Shown here in pieces: positions 16,596 through 25,366 of a stretch of 64,000 nucleotides of DNA. Each line of letters opens with the position of its first letter. Position 1 is the first letter of the stretch. Source of the stretch: Gemmatimonadota bacterium. Lineage in GTDB: Bacteria; Gemmatimonadota; Gemmatimonadetes; Gemmatimonadales; GWC2-71-9. The notes beneath the pieces are model-generated. The model saw nothing but the letters and a program-made list of their open reading frames with translations, was not told the DNA's origin and did not search any database. The DNA lies in the NCBI GenBank assembly GCA_039584325.1, contig JBDGYA010000004.1:17669-81668 (forward strand), in the 5' to 3' direction. The position numbers were made by a program, and so were the translations under genes.

Positions 16596-17683
16596 TGGGT
16601 CACCTCGGCCAGCGTCGCGAGCAACTCCGTCAGGCTGTCAGGCGAGTGGTCGCCCATGTGACCGATGCGGATGGTGGCCTGCTTCAGCGGCCCGTACCCC
16701 GACCCGATGATCCACCCCGCACGCTTCATCGACTGGACGAGGCTACGGCCGTTCTTTCCCTCGGGAACGGACAGACACGAGACGGTCCACGATCGTCGCC
16801 CCTCGTCCGGCAAGTACGTGTATCCCAGCTCGCCTCCGGGGCCCGCGATCCAGTCCTCCACCAGTCGCCGCATACCGTCGTGCCGCTTCCACCGGGCTTC
16901 GATCCCACCCTCCTGGGCGATCCGCTCCAGTTGCGCCTGCAGCGCGAACAGCAGAGGCAGGGCAGGGGTGTTGGTCGGCTGATGATTGGCGCTCGCTTGC
17001 TCGAAGGCGAGGACGTCGAAATACGCACCCCGCTCGGGTACCGTGCGCGCCCGTGCGATCATGCGCTCAGAGGCGACGCCAAGCGCGAGACCCGGTGGCA
17101 GCGCGAGCGCCTTCTGCGAACCGGTGAGTGCAAAATCGAGTCGCCAGGCATCCGTCTCCACCGGACTGCCACCGCACGAGGTCACGGCATCGACGAGCAG
17201 CACGACGTCGTCGAAGTCGTGAACGACCGCAGCTAGCTCTTCGAGCGGTACTAGCGCTCCGGTCGACGTCTCCGAATGCACGAGGGTGACGGCATCCACG
17301 TCGGAGCGCTTCAGCGCGTCGCGCAGCATGTCCGGCTCACAGGTCCGGCCCGGCTGCACGTCGAGGCGGACGACCTCCCGACCCGTCGCCGCAACGATGC
17401 CGGCGAACCGCTCGCCGAACGCACCGCCGACCAGTGACAGAGCGCGCCGCTGCACACCGGACCGAACCGCCATCTCCATGAACCCCGTCGCGGAGCACGT
17501 GCCCAGGTAGACGCGCCGCTCCGTGCGCCACATGCGCTGCAGCGGTTCGTCCATCGCGTGCAGCAGCTCGACCATGTCGGTGCTGCGATGCGGGATCATG
17601 GGACGGAGCATCGCCGACAGAACATCGGGATGGACTTCCGTGGGACCTGGAAGGAAGAAGCGTCCGAACGCGTTGGTGGTCAT
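16592..17683 (-). CDS. class V aminotransferase (serine-glyoxylate / non-canonical phosphoserine aminotransferase type)
   Basis: Starts MTTNAFGRFFLPGPTEVHPDV. PLP-lysine region is FALTGSQKALALPPG. Its TGA overlaps the serA ATG by 4 nt. The start was trimmed from the TTG at 17926. Confidence 0.85.
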   Translation of the reverse strand: MTTNAFGRFFLPGPTEVHPDVLSAMLRPMIPHRSTDMVELLHAMDEPLQRMWRTERRVYLGTCSATGFMEMAVRSGVQRRALSLVGGAFGERFAGIVAATGREVVRLDVQPGRTCEPDMLRDALKRSDVDAVTLVHSETSTGALVPLEELAAVVHDFDDVVLLVDAVTSCGGSPVETDAWRLDFALTGSQKALALPPGLALGVASERMIARARTVPERGAYFDVLAFEQASANHQPTNTPALPLLFALQAQLERIAQEGGIEARWKRHDGMRRLVEDWIAGPGGELGYTYLPDEGRRSWTVSCLSVPEGKNGRSLVQSMKRAGWIIGSGYGPLKQATIRIGHMGDHSPDSLTELLATLAEVTQ

Positions 17684-17735
17684 GCCAGGATGCGGTGTGG
17701 GAGAATGATGGTGGCCGACCGCCTCGAAGATTCCG

Positions 17736-18767
17736 TCATGCAGGAAGGCCTTCCCAGCTGCCGAGTGGCTCAGTGGAGCGGACGACGTGCACGCCCGCCT
17801 TGCCGAATCGTGCGAAAGCCTCGTCCGCCTGGTCGGTGAAGTCGACAAGGTCCGGGACGACGACCGGAGAGGTACAGTCTTCGAGCAGATAGACACGGCC
17901 TGCAAGCGCCGGGTCGCGCTCGCCAATCTCGGTCACCAGGTCATTGACGGACCAGGCGACGCAGTGACTCTTGGCCTGACCCGCAACGATCAAAGCGTCG
18001 AACGCGAGCAGGTGCTCGATACATGCGCTGTTCTTTTCCGCGATGGGATACCCACCCGGCCCGCGCAGCACCTCGGGACTCAGGACGGAGTAGTTCTCCG
18101 TGAGCGGGTTGTTCCCCTTCACCTCGAAGCGAGTGGCGGCACGCCGGGCGATGCTGTGAAAGAAGACCGCCTCCTCGACGGCCGACACGAGGGCGTGCCC
18201 GATGCCACCCAGCATCGCATGATACGGCCACACCATGAGCGGATATCGCGCTGCGGCCAGGGTGCGGACGTAGTGCAGCGCATACGTACACAACCAGTCG
18301 ACGTCACCGTCGGCCGCCGCCTCGGCCATCTCCGGATTCACGCGCCACCGTCCTGTTTCGACGTCCTCCACCGAGATGACCGTTGCCCCGCCATCCGGGT
18401 GGTCACCCTCTGCATCCAGCCAGAAGACCGGGTGAAAGATCTGGAAGGCCGTATGGGCGTCCAGGGTAGCGGTGATCTCCGTGAACACCCCGAGATTACG
18501 ATAGATGAAGGCGCAGAGGCGCGCGGAATCGTCGACCGCGCCGCGGCCCGACCGACCGGCCACGAACAGCTCGTGGCCCGGGATGCAGAACGTGTTCTGA
18601 CAATCCACCAGCAGAAGACCAATGCGCCGCTCATCTTCCGATGCCGGTCCGAGTCCGTGCTCTTCCGCCCACGATCTCGCCTCGGCAGCGCGCATGGCAT
18701 AGTCCACGCGCCAGACGGCGCCTACGCTGTCTGGATCGAAGTGGGAGGGGACGGGAAGCTCCGTCAT
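17736..18767 (-). CDS. isochorismatase-family hydrolase, nicotinamidase-like (unusually long)
   Basis: LLLVDCQNTFC (catalytic Asp region) and GQAKSHCVAWS (nucleophile Cys region). Sits next to a nicotinate phosphoribosyltransferase gene. The ATG at 18767 (MTELPVP...) was chosen. Confidence 0.7.
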   Translation of the reverse strand: MTELPVPSHFDPDSVGAVWRVDYAMRAAEARSWAEEHGLGPASEDERRIGLLLVDCQNTFCIPGHELFVAGRSGRGAVDDSARLCAFIYRNLGVFTEITATLDAHTAFQIFHPVFWLDAEGDHPDGGATVISVEDVETGRWRVNPEMAEAAADGDVDWLCTYALHYVRTLAAARYPLMVWPYHAMLGGIGHALVSAVEEAVFFHSIARRAATRFEVKGNNPLTENYSVLSPEVLRGPGGYPIAEKNSACIEHLLAFDALIVAGQAKSHCVAWSVNDLVTEIGERDPALAGRVYLLEDCTSPVVVPDLVDFTDQADEAFARFGKAGVHVVRSTEPLGSWEGLPA

Positions 18768-18820
18768 TGATCGGTTCCGATGCGCCAAGCGGATCTCTTC
18801 CGGGAAGCTAACAGGCCTGC

Positions 18821-19885
18821 TCACTCTACGAGCGCGAGCCGGTCGTCTGGCCGATGCCACCGCCCGACCTTCCCGCAGGGCTTGCCGTTCACCAGCACGA
18901 CATCTGCTGTGAAGTCGTACTTGCCATGGCCGCGGAACAGTGACGACCCCACGCCATACGCATCCACCGGCACACCGGTCTCCTCGAAACGGCGGATCTT
19001 CTCGACGGTAAACCCACCGGACACGACGATCTTGACGTGGTCGAACCCTTCCGCATCGAGGGCATCCCGCACATCGTGCACCAGACGAGGGTTGACCCCG
19101 CGCGGATCGAAGTCGCCCATCTCGGAACAGATGGACTTGTCCACCATGGTGCTCGAGGTATCCAGGCGCACGCCATAGAGCTTGTCCCGCAACGCCCGGG
19201 CGACTTCCAGGCTGGTCCGCACACTGTCATTCTCGAAGTCCACGAGACAGATGAGCTTCACGTCGTCCGGCATGTACTCCGCGAACTTGGCAGCCGCCTG
19301 TACCGTATCGCCCCCGTACGCCGCGATGATCGCGTGCGGCACCGTTCCGACCCCCTCGCTACCCCACCACGACGCCTGGGCATCGGTGGAAACGCCGATA
19401 GCCCCGGCAATGTGGGCGGCATAGCCATCACCGGTCTGCACCAGCCAGTGATCGTGCCGCGCCGGAAAGAACATCACTTCCTTCGGGCTGGCGGCTTCCA
19501 CGACCAGTCGCGTGTTGGTACCGACCCGGGTACGCCTCGCCAGCACACCGACGTAGAGCGTCTCGAGATGCGCGAAGGCGTCGTACGGCCCTTCGATCGT
19601 CAACACGGTCTCCCACGGGGAGACCTCGTCCCCGTCGTACAGCGCGCGCACGGTCAGATCGTCCCACGAATGGGAGCAGAGCTTGAGGATCGCGATCGCT
19701 TCGTCGATGCCGCCGAGAAACGCGTGCGTCTTGGTGAAGACCTGCATGAGCACCCGTGGCCGATGGCGATCCGCAAGGAGGACTTCGCGGGCACGAACGA
19801 AGTATTTGTCCGTGTAGTAGCCCGACTGCATCTTGTCCACGGGCAAGTGGAAGATCGACGGATCGAGTCGCTTGCGGCGAGGCAT
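18821..19885 (-). CDS. pncB: nicotinate phosphoribosyltransferase
   Basis: Starts MPRRKRLDPSIFHLPVDKMQSGYYTDKYF, the typical N-terminus of the archaeal/bacterial NAPRTase subfamily. The TIM-barrel region contains VRLDTSS and VVSGGF. Confidence 0.85.
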   Translation of the reverse strand: MPRRKRLDPSIFHLPVDKMQSGYYTDKYFVRAREVLLADRHRPRVLMQVFTKTHAFLGGIDEAIAILKLCSHSWDDLTVRALYDGDEVSPWETVLTIEGPYDAFAHLETLYVGVLARRTRVGTNTRLVVEAASPKEVMFFPARHDHWLVQTGDGYAAHIAGAIGVSTDAQASWWGSEGVGTVPHAIIAAYGGDTVQAAAKFAEYMPDDVKLICLVDFENDSVRTSLEVARALRDKLYGVRLDTSSTMVDKSICSEMGDFDPRGVNPRLVHDVRDALDAEGFDHVKIVVSGGFTVEKIRRFEETGVPVDAYGVGSSLFRGHGKYDFTADVVLVNGKPCGKVGRWHRPDDRLALVE

Positions 19886-19886
19886 G

Positions 19887-20597
19887 TCAGCCGATGTCCT
19901 CCATGATGGCATACTGCAGCGCGCGGCGCCGATACCACCGCACGCCCAGGGCATCCACGAGCCCGCGCACGGCTCGATCCCACATCCCGTACTTCGAGCG
20001 GCCCGCCAAGCGGGGCCGGTGGGTGACCGGCACCTCCCGCACGGCACCCCCGCCGGCCTGGATGAGCGCCGGCAGAAAGCGGTGCATGCCGTCGAACTGC
20101 GGCAGCCCGACGAGCGCCGACCGGCGCACCGCCTTGAGCGGACAGCCCGTATCCCGCATGCCGTCCCGGGTGATCCAGCTGCGAACGCGATTCGCGATGC
20201 GGCTCTGCAGGCGCTTCCACGCGCAATCCGCTCGGCGCACCCGGTATCCCACTACGGCAGCAAGGGAGGGGTCACGGGCCAGCACCTCGAGCAACACCGG
20301 AATCTCGGCGGGATCATTCTGCCCGTCCGCGTCGAGCGTCACCACGACGTCGCCGCGGGCCGAGGCGAAGCCGGCCGCCAGGGCGGCACTCTGTCCCGAG
20401 CGGGCCGCGAGCCGCAGGACCCGGAGCCGCCCATACCTGCCGGCGAGCCGCCGCAGCTCTGCACTTGACCCATCGGTCGAACCGTCGTCCACCGCCACGA
20501 TCTCATGCTCGATTCCCGCGAGCGCCTCGACGAGGTCCTCGAGGACTGGTGCGAGATTCGGCTGCTCGTTGAAGACCGGCAGGACAATGGAGACCAC
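19887..20597 (-). CDS. family 2 glycosyltransferase (polyprenyl-phosphate sugar transferase-like)
   Basis: VSIVLPVFNEQPNL, the D-x-D region VAVDDGSTDGS, and TLDADGQNDP. Its stop lies 1 nt from the pncB start. Confidence 0.85.
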   Translation of the reverse strand: MVSIVLPVFNEQPNLAPVLEDLVEALAGIEHEIVAVDDGSTDGSSAELRRLAGRYGRLRVLRLAARSGQSAALAAGFASARGDVVVTLDADGQNDPAEIPVLLEVLARDPSLAAVVGYRVRRADCAWKRLQSRIANRVRSWITRDGMRDTGCPLKAVRRSALVGLPQFDGMHRFLPALIQAGGGAVREVPVTHRPRLAGRSKYGMWDRAVRGLVDALGVRWYRRRALQYAIMEDIG

Positions 20598-20703
20598 GAC
20601 CGACGACCACCTCGTAGCGGCATGAAACGCGGACCCGGGGGCGTGCCGCCCCTACGGCGCGACCTGAGCCGGGAACGTAGGGCCCGGAGGTACTTCCGGC
20701 AAG

Positions 20704-20733
20704 TTGACAGACCCTCGCGCCACGGGGTTATTT
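20704..20733 (+). promoter_or_regulatory. sigma70-like promoter TTGACA-N18-TTATTT
   Basis: TTGACA at 20704-20709 (its TTG is the start that the ORF track used) and TTATTT at about 20728-20733. Sequence pattern only. Confidence 0.4.
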
Positions 20734-20781
20734 CGCCGTGCTCGGCTCGACCCAGGCATCGTCCTCCGAGGAGGTGTGACC

Positions 20782-21831
20782 GTGTCCGACTCGCTCTCCC
20801 GCCGTGACTTCATCGGCGCCGCTTCGGGAATGGCCGCCGGTGTGGCTCTAGTCCCCGGCATCGGACCCGTGACCGGTGGCCCATACGTGCACGTTCGTCC
20901 CCAGGGCAGGAACACGGTCGTCGCGTCCGCGAACGGGCTTCGCGGCGTGCAGCGTGCCGGCGAGCTGATGACGCAGGGGATGGACACCCTCGATGCCGCC
21001 ATCGAGGGCGTGAAGATCCAGGAACTCGATCCCGACGACTCCTCGGTCGGCTACGGGGGGCTCCCCAACGAGGAGGGCGTCGTCCAGCTCGATGCGGCGT
21101 GCATGCATGGACCCACCAATCGGGCGGGCGCGGTGGCGTCGCTCGAGAGCATCAAGACCCCCAGCGTCGTCGCCAAGTACGTGTTGATGTACACCGACCA
21201 CGTCCTGCTGGTCGGGCCCGGCGCCAGACGTTTCGCCCTGTCGTACGGACTCAAGGAAGAGAACCTGCTGACGGAGAGGTCCCGCGAGGCGTGGCTGCGC
21301 TGGCGGGCGCGGCGCGGACCGAGCGACAACTGGCTCGAAGTGCCGGACGACGAGATGCTATCGCGGGAAGAGCACGGCACGATCAACGTGAACGCCGTCA
21401 ACGCGCGCGGTGATGTGTCTTCCGTGACCACCACCAGTGGCCTGGCCTGGAAGATCCCGGGACGCGTCGGCGACTCGCCGATCGTCGGGGCAGGCCAGTA
21501 TACCGACAATGCCGTCGGTGCCGCCGGGTCCACGGGGCGCGGCGAGGCCTGCATCAAGGCATGCGGCGCGTTTCTCACCGTCGAGTTCATGCGACGGGGC
21601 CTGAGCCCCACGGATGCCTGCCTCGAGACGCTTCGGCGCGTCGTGGCGACGACGGAAGCCCGCCTCCTCGACGAGGAAGGCAGGCCGACGTTCGGGCTCA
21701 ACTTCTACGCTGTGAACAAGGCGGGCGAGTTTGGAGGCGCTGGGATGTTCTCCGGTGCGCGCTACGCAGCCTGGGATGGCGCCGAAGCCCAGCATCACGA
21801 CTCGGCATACCTCTACGAGCGCAGTCGGTGA
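20782..21831 (+). CDS. N4-(beta-N-acetylglucosaminyl)-L-asparaginase / isoaspartyl peptidase family (Ntn hydrolase), Tat-exported
   Basis: Twin-arginine signal SRRDFIGAASGMAAG. Autoprocessing site HGTINVNAV and TTTSGLAWKIPGRVGDSPIVGAG. The GTG at 20782 is preceded by GAGGAGG with a 7-nt spacer. Confidence 0.85.
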   Translation: MSDSLSRRDFIGAASGMAAGVALVPGIGPVTGGPYVHVRPQGRNTVVASANGLRGVQRAGELMTQGMDTLDAAIEGVKIQELDPDDSSVGYGGLPNEEGVVQLDAACMHGPTNRAGAVASLESIKTPSVVAKYVLMYTDHVLLVGPGARRFALSYGLKEENLLTERSREAWLRWRARRGPSDNWLEVPDDEMLSREEHGTINVNAVNARGDVSSVTTTSGLAWKIPGRVGDSPIVGAGQYTDNAVGAAGSTGRGEACIKACGAFLTVEFMRRGLSPTDACLETLRRVVATTEARLLDEEGRPTFGLNFYAVNKAGEFGGAGMFSGARYAAWDGAEAQHHDSAYLYERSR

Positions 21832-23012
21832 CACGTCTCCGCCTCGTCTGCCTGTTGCTGCTCGTCTGTGCCGGGCCGGGAAAGGCGCAACTCGTCGACT
21901 TGCCGACGTTCGGCGAGGATTGGATCACCTTCGCTACACCCAAGCTGTACTACACTGGCCCCGACGGTGTCGGCTTCGGACTGTTCTACGCTCAGATCAA
22001 CCAGCTCGGGTTCGACGAGTGGGACGCACCGCCGCCCTATCGCACCATGATCTCGCTCGACGCCAACATCACCACGAGCGGGACCAAACGCCTGGAACTG
22101 GCACTACGCGCCCCGCAGTGGGTGGACGGATGGCGCTTTGTCGCGAGCCTCGAGGGACGTCGCGATGCGCGGCAGCGCTATTTCGGGATGGGGAACGGGT
22201 CCGTCTATGACAAGGACCTCGAGACCGACGCAGCCGAGTTCTTTTATCGCTCGAAGAACACCCGGTGGATCGGCCGGGGCGAGGTGCAGCGCCGCATCGT
22301 CGGGGGTCTCAGGCTGCTCGCCGGGCTCCACGCCGAACACTGGACCATCGATACGCTGCCGGGTCCGAGCCAGTTGGCTCTCGACCTCGCCGCCGGGGTA
22401 GATCCCACCATCGCCAGGGGCACGGCTGATATATCCGGACGCCTCGGCCTCGTTTTCGACACCCGCAATGACGAGCCCGCCCCGACGAAGGGGGTTTTGC
22501 TCCAGGGTATCGTGAGCTTCGCCGATTCTGGGATCGCCGGCCACCTGAGCTACACGCGCGCCACGCTCTCCGCCGCCGGCTATGTGCCGCTCGCCACCAG
22601 GGTACGCGTGGCCGCCCGGGTCGCCGGGGAGTCCACATGGGGGTCGCCTCGGATCGGCACCTACTATCGGATCGAGGCCAGCGACCGGTTCTTCCGCGGC
22701 ATCGGAGGCTCGGAGTCGCACCGGGCCCTTCCCCCGCAGCGCCTGCTCGACGCCGACAAGCTGCTGGGCAACCTGGACCTGCGCTACGACCTCTTCGCCT
22801 ACCCCACGCTCGTCCGGGTCACGGGGGTGGCCTTCCTGGATGCTGCACGAGTCTTTCCGCCGGGGGAACTCGAGATCACCACCTCCGACTTCGCGGTCGG
22901 CGGCGGCCTCGGGCTGATCCTCCAGTTCTTCCGGACGGGAATCCTCGGCACCTCAGCCGGCGTCGGGCCGGACGGCTTGGTCTGGTCATTCCACACGTGG
23001 TGGCCGTTCTGA
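21828..23012 (+). CDS. outer-membrane beta-barrel protein (Omp85 / surface-antigen-like)
   Basis: Signal peptide VTRLRLVCLLLLVCAGPGKAQ, alternating beta-strand pattern, and an aromatic C-terminus ...WSFHTWWPF. The GTG start overlaps the asparaginase stop (GTGA). The family call is tentative. Confidence 0.55.
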   Translation: MTRLRLVCLLLLVCAGPGKAQLVDLPTFGEDWITFATPKLYYTGPDGVGFGLFYAQINQLGFDEWDAPPPYRTMISLDANITTSGTKRLELALRAPQWVDGWRFVASLEGRRDARQRYFGMGNGSVYDKDLETDAAEFFYRSKNTRWIGRGEVQRRIVGGLRLLAGLHAEHWTIDTLPGPSQLALDLAAGVDPTIARGTADISGRLGLVFDTRNDEPAPTKGVLLQGIVSFADSGIAGHLSYTRATLSAAGYVPLATRVRVAARVAGESTWGSPRIGTYYRIEASDRFFRGIGGSESHRALPPQRLLDADKLLGNLDLRYDLFAYPTLVRVTGVAFLDAARVFPPGELEITTSDFAVGGGLGLILQFFRTGILGTSAGVGPDGLVWSFHTWWPF

Positions 23013-23020
23013 CCTCCATC

Positions 23021-23055
23021 GGGACCGGAGTTGGCATTCTGTCGGCTCCCGGTCC
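23021..23055 (+). terminator. imperfect hairpin after the OMP gene
   Basis: GGGACCGGAG ... CTCCCGGTCC with one bulge and a 15-nt loop, starting 9 nt after the stop. No clear U-tract. Confidence 0.3.
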
Positions 23056-23297
23056 GCGTCCACGCGAACCCGCAGTTGGCATTAGATTTTGACCATGTGC
23101 AGCATGGCCCCCGCCCCTCGTCAACTCCCGCGCAACGCCCGTCCGGGCATCTTCGCACCACCCAACCGGTAGCCGATCGGGCGCGTCCCCGTCGGAGGCC
23201 GGCCCAGCCAGCCATCCGCATCCGGACGCCTTCGAACCACGAGAGGAAAGACGGCCACCCAGTCGCCGTCGGTTCGTTCTAGTTGCAGGAGTAGACC

Positions 23298-24608
23298 ATG
23301 CCTGAAATCACGGTACCCTCGGACCAGGTCTTCGGTATTCTCAGGAGCAACATCCTGGTCGACGGCTTTCATCTGGTTCTGGATCTGCAGGAGTCCCACG
23401 GCTCCGTCATGCACGGCGCGGTGTCGGGGAAGGATTATCTCGACTGCTACACGTACTTTGCGACTCTGCCGCTGGGACACAATCACCCTGGCCTGGACGA
23501 TCCGGGCTTCCGCGAGTCGCTCATGGTGGCCGCGATCGCGAATCCGGCCAACGCCGACGTGTATACCCGGGAGTACGCCGGCTTCGTGAAGACGTTCCGC
23601 GAGCTCGCCGTGCCCGACGGATTCCGGTACCTCTTCTTCATCGCTGGCGGTGCGCTCGCGGTTGAGAACGCCATGAAGGCAGCGTTCGACTGGAAGGCGC
23701 AGAAGAACCGCGCCAGGGGAATCGACGGAGGCGCCGACAAGATCCTGCACTTCCGTGAGGCATTTCACGGGCGCAGCGGCTACACCCTCTCGGTAACAAA
23801 CACGGAACCACTGAAGGTTGCGGACTTCCCGAAGTTCCCGTGGCCCAGGATCGCGAATCCGAAGATCACGTTCCCGCTCGACGAGCAGGCCGTCATGGCC
23901 GCCGAGCGTCAGTCGATCGCCGAAATCGAGGAGGCGTTCGACACCGATCCACACGGTATCGCGGCCATCCTCGTCGAGCCAATCCAGTGTGAGGGAGGAG
24001 ACAACCACTTCCGGCCGGAGTTCCTTCAGGCACTCCGTCGGATCGCCGACGAGCACGACGCCCTGCTGATCTTCGACGAGGTGCAGACGGGCATGGGCGT
24101 GACGGGAACCATGTGGGCCTTTCAGCAGATGGGCATGGCTCCCGATCTGGTCGCCTTCGGCAAGAAGACCCAGATCTGCGGCATCATGGCGGGGCCTCGC
24201 ATCGACGAGGTCGAGAAGAACGTGTTCCACGTGTCCTCGCGTATCAACTCGACCTGGGGCGGGAACCTCGTCGATATGATTCGCTGTGCGCAGTACTTGA
24301 AGATCATGCGCGACGAGCGGCTCGTGGAGAACGCGGCGAAGGTCGGGGAGATGTTTCTCGAACACCTCAAAGGGCTGCAGCAGGAGTATCCCCTGGTCAC
24401 GAACGCCCGCGGCCGCGGACTGCTGCTGGCGTTCGATCTGCCCGATTCGGAGACCCGTAACCAGCTACGGCAGGAATGCTGGGACGCAGGCTTCGCGACG
24501 CTCCCGTGTGGCCCCCGGTCGATCCGGTTCCGCCCAGCACTCGTCTTCAGTGAGGCAGATGTCGAGCGGGGAATCGATATCCTGCGTCAGGTGCTAGACG
24601 CTCGATAG
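23298..24608 (+). CDS. lat: L-lysine 6-transaminase (class III aminotransferase)
   Basis: 436 aa. The N-terminus LVDGFHLVLDLQESHGSVMHGAVSGKDYLDCYTYFATLPLGHNHP and the later FDEVQTGMG and AFGKKTQ (PLP-lysine) match the Lat subfamily pattern. Confidence 0.8.
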   Translation: MPEITVPSDQVFGILRSNILVDGFHLVLDLQESHGSVMHGAVSGKDYLDCYTYFATLPLGHNHPGLDDPGFRESLMVAAIANPANADVYTREYAGFVKTFRELAVPDGFRYLFFIAGGALAVENAMKAAFDWKAQKNRARGIDGGADKILHFREAFHGRSGYTLSVTNTEPLKVADFPKFPWPRIANPKITFPLDEQAVMAAERQSIAEIEEAFDTDPHGIAAILVEPIQCEGGDNHFRPEFLQALRRIADEHDALLIFDEVQTGMGVTGTMWAFQQMGMAPDLVAFGKKTQICGIMAGPRIDEVEKNVFHVSSRINSTWGGNLVDMIRCAQYLKIMRDERLVENAAKVGEMFLEHLKGLQQEYPLVTNARGRGLLLAFDLPDSETRNQLRQECWDAGFATLPCGPRSIRFRPALVFSEADVERGIDILRQVLDAR

Positions 24609-24665
24609 ACCTACGGTGATGCGGTACGGGGGGCGGGGCGACACCGCCCTTACGCTGTCTCGACG

Positions 24666-25220
24666 CTATCCACTGACGTCGGTGGGTCGGGCCTCGACTA
24701 TGTCCAGCACCTCCCTCAGTACCGAGGAGCCGCGGTCCCGCACCATCCAGCGCTTCATCTGGGCGTAGAAGTCTTCCTTGGAGAGGAGGGCCCTGTTCGC
24801 CAGGGCCCACGCCTGCAGCTCGCGCGGCCGCGGACCCCAGTGGCCGATCTCGTTGAACACCGCATCCAGCGCGATCACGACGGGAATCGCCCGTGCTCCG
24901 TTCGTGAGATACCGGTCCATCACCTCCAGATGTTCGTCCCGACAGATCACCCGAATCGGCAGCGTATCCGTCTGGTCGCTCAGCTTCGCCAGGAGTGGCA
25001 GGGTATTGGCCGCATCCCAGCACCAATCCTCGGTGATCGCGAGCAGCGACACCCCCCGACCGGACGCGTGCGCCCGCTCGAGCGCCCACTCCGGAATCCG
25101 CGCCGTCCGATACACGCCCCGCCAGAGTCCGTCGAACTTCTGGACCCCATCCACGAATTCCGCATAGGGAATGGCGGTCTCCCACACCGTCCTGAGATCG
25201 ATGTCGGCGTGCGCGGTCAC
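24666..25220 (-). CDS. thioredoxin-fold family protein
   Basis: LAITEDWCWDAANTLPLLAKL is a thioredoxin-like motif region but with only one Cys. The start is uncertain: the GTG at 25220 (AAGGAG 8 nt upstream) is preferred over the GTG at 25226 or the alternative start at 25340. Confidence 0.6.
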   Translation of the reverse strand: MTAHADIDLRTVWETAIPYAEFVDGVQKFDGLWRGVYRTARIPEWALERAHASGRGVSLLAITEDWCWDAANTLPLLAKLSDQTDTLPIRVICRDEHLEVMDRYLTNGARAIPVVIALDAVFNEIGHWGPRPRELQAWALANRALLSKEDFYAQMKRWMVRDRGSSVLREVLDIVEARPTDVSG

Positions 25221-25366
25221 GGTCACGACTCCTTCCAACGTGATACACCGTGGTGAAAGGTAGCCACTCCAGAGCCTGAACGGCGGCGGCGCCCGGCGGG
25301 TTGCCTCTGGACATCCGATCGGTAGGGCATATCCTTTCACGACCTTCGAAACTGAGGACTCCTCCC

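Noticed and set aside
20704-20781. The longer N-terminus of the asparaginase ORF (TTG at 20704).
   Set aside because: That TTG is part of a TTGACA -35 hexamer. The Tat signal begins right after the GTG at 20782, which has a well-spaced GAGGAGG.
20767-20784. An 18-nt string, CGAGGAGGTGTGACCGTG, identical at the translation start of the asparaginase gene (20767-20784) and of the EF-G paralogue (minus strand, 60981-60964).
   Set aside because: It consists of a strong Shine-Dalgarno sequence plus a GTG start in GC-rich DNA. An 18-mer coincidence in about 128 kb of two-strand sequence is not strongly significant, and there is no flanking similarity.
23026-23095. A repeated AGTTGGCATT decamer (twice, about 48 nt apart) upstream of lat, resembling a sigma-54 -24 element (TGGCA).
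   Set aside because: Neither copy has a GC dinucleotide at the -12 position with the required spacing (TGGCATTCTGTCGGC and TGGCATTAGATTTTGA). It could be chance or part of the OMP terminator.
23013-23297. A lysine riboswitch (L-box) upstream of lat, and likewise upstream of the KamA operon (54900-55042).
   Set aside because: I could not find the conserved L-box segments or a five-helix layout. The second spacer is too short (144 nt). Only an Infernal scan could exclude this fully.
23121-24365. Long antisense or out-of-frame ORFs throughout the track. Examples are 23121..24365 opposite lat, 13644..15548 opposite leuS/serA, 585..1925, 1232..2581, 6989..8473, 41692..42897, 57457..58845, 58981..60219 and 62223..63179.
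   Set aside because: They lie opposite or overlap genes with clear family signatures. They are Arg/Pro/Gly/His-rich, as expected for stop-poor alternative frames of GC-rich DNA. They contain no recognisable motifs.
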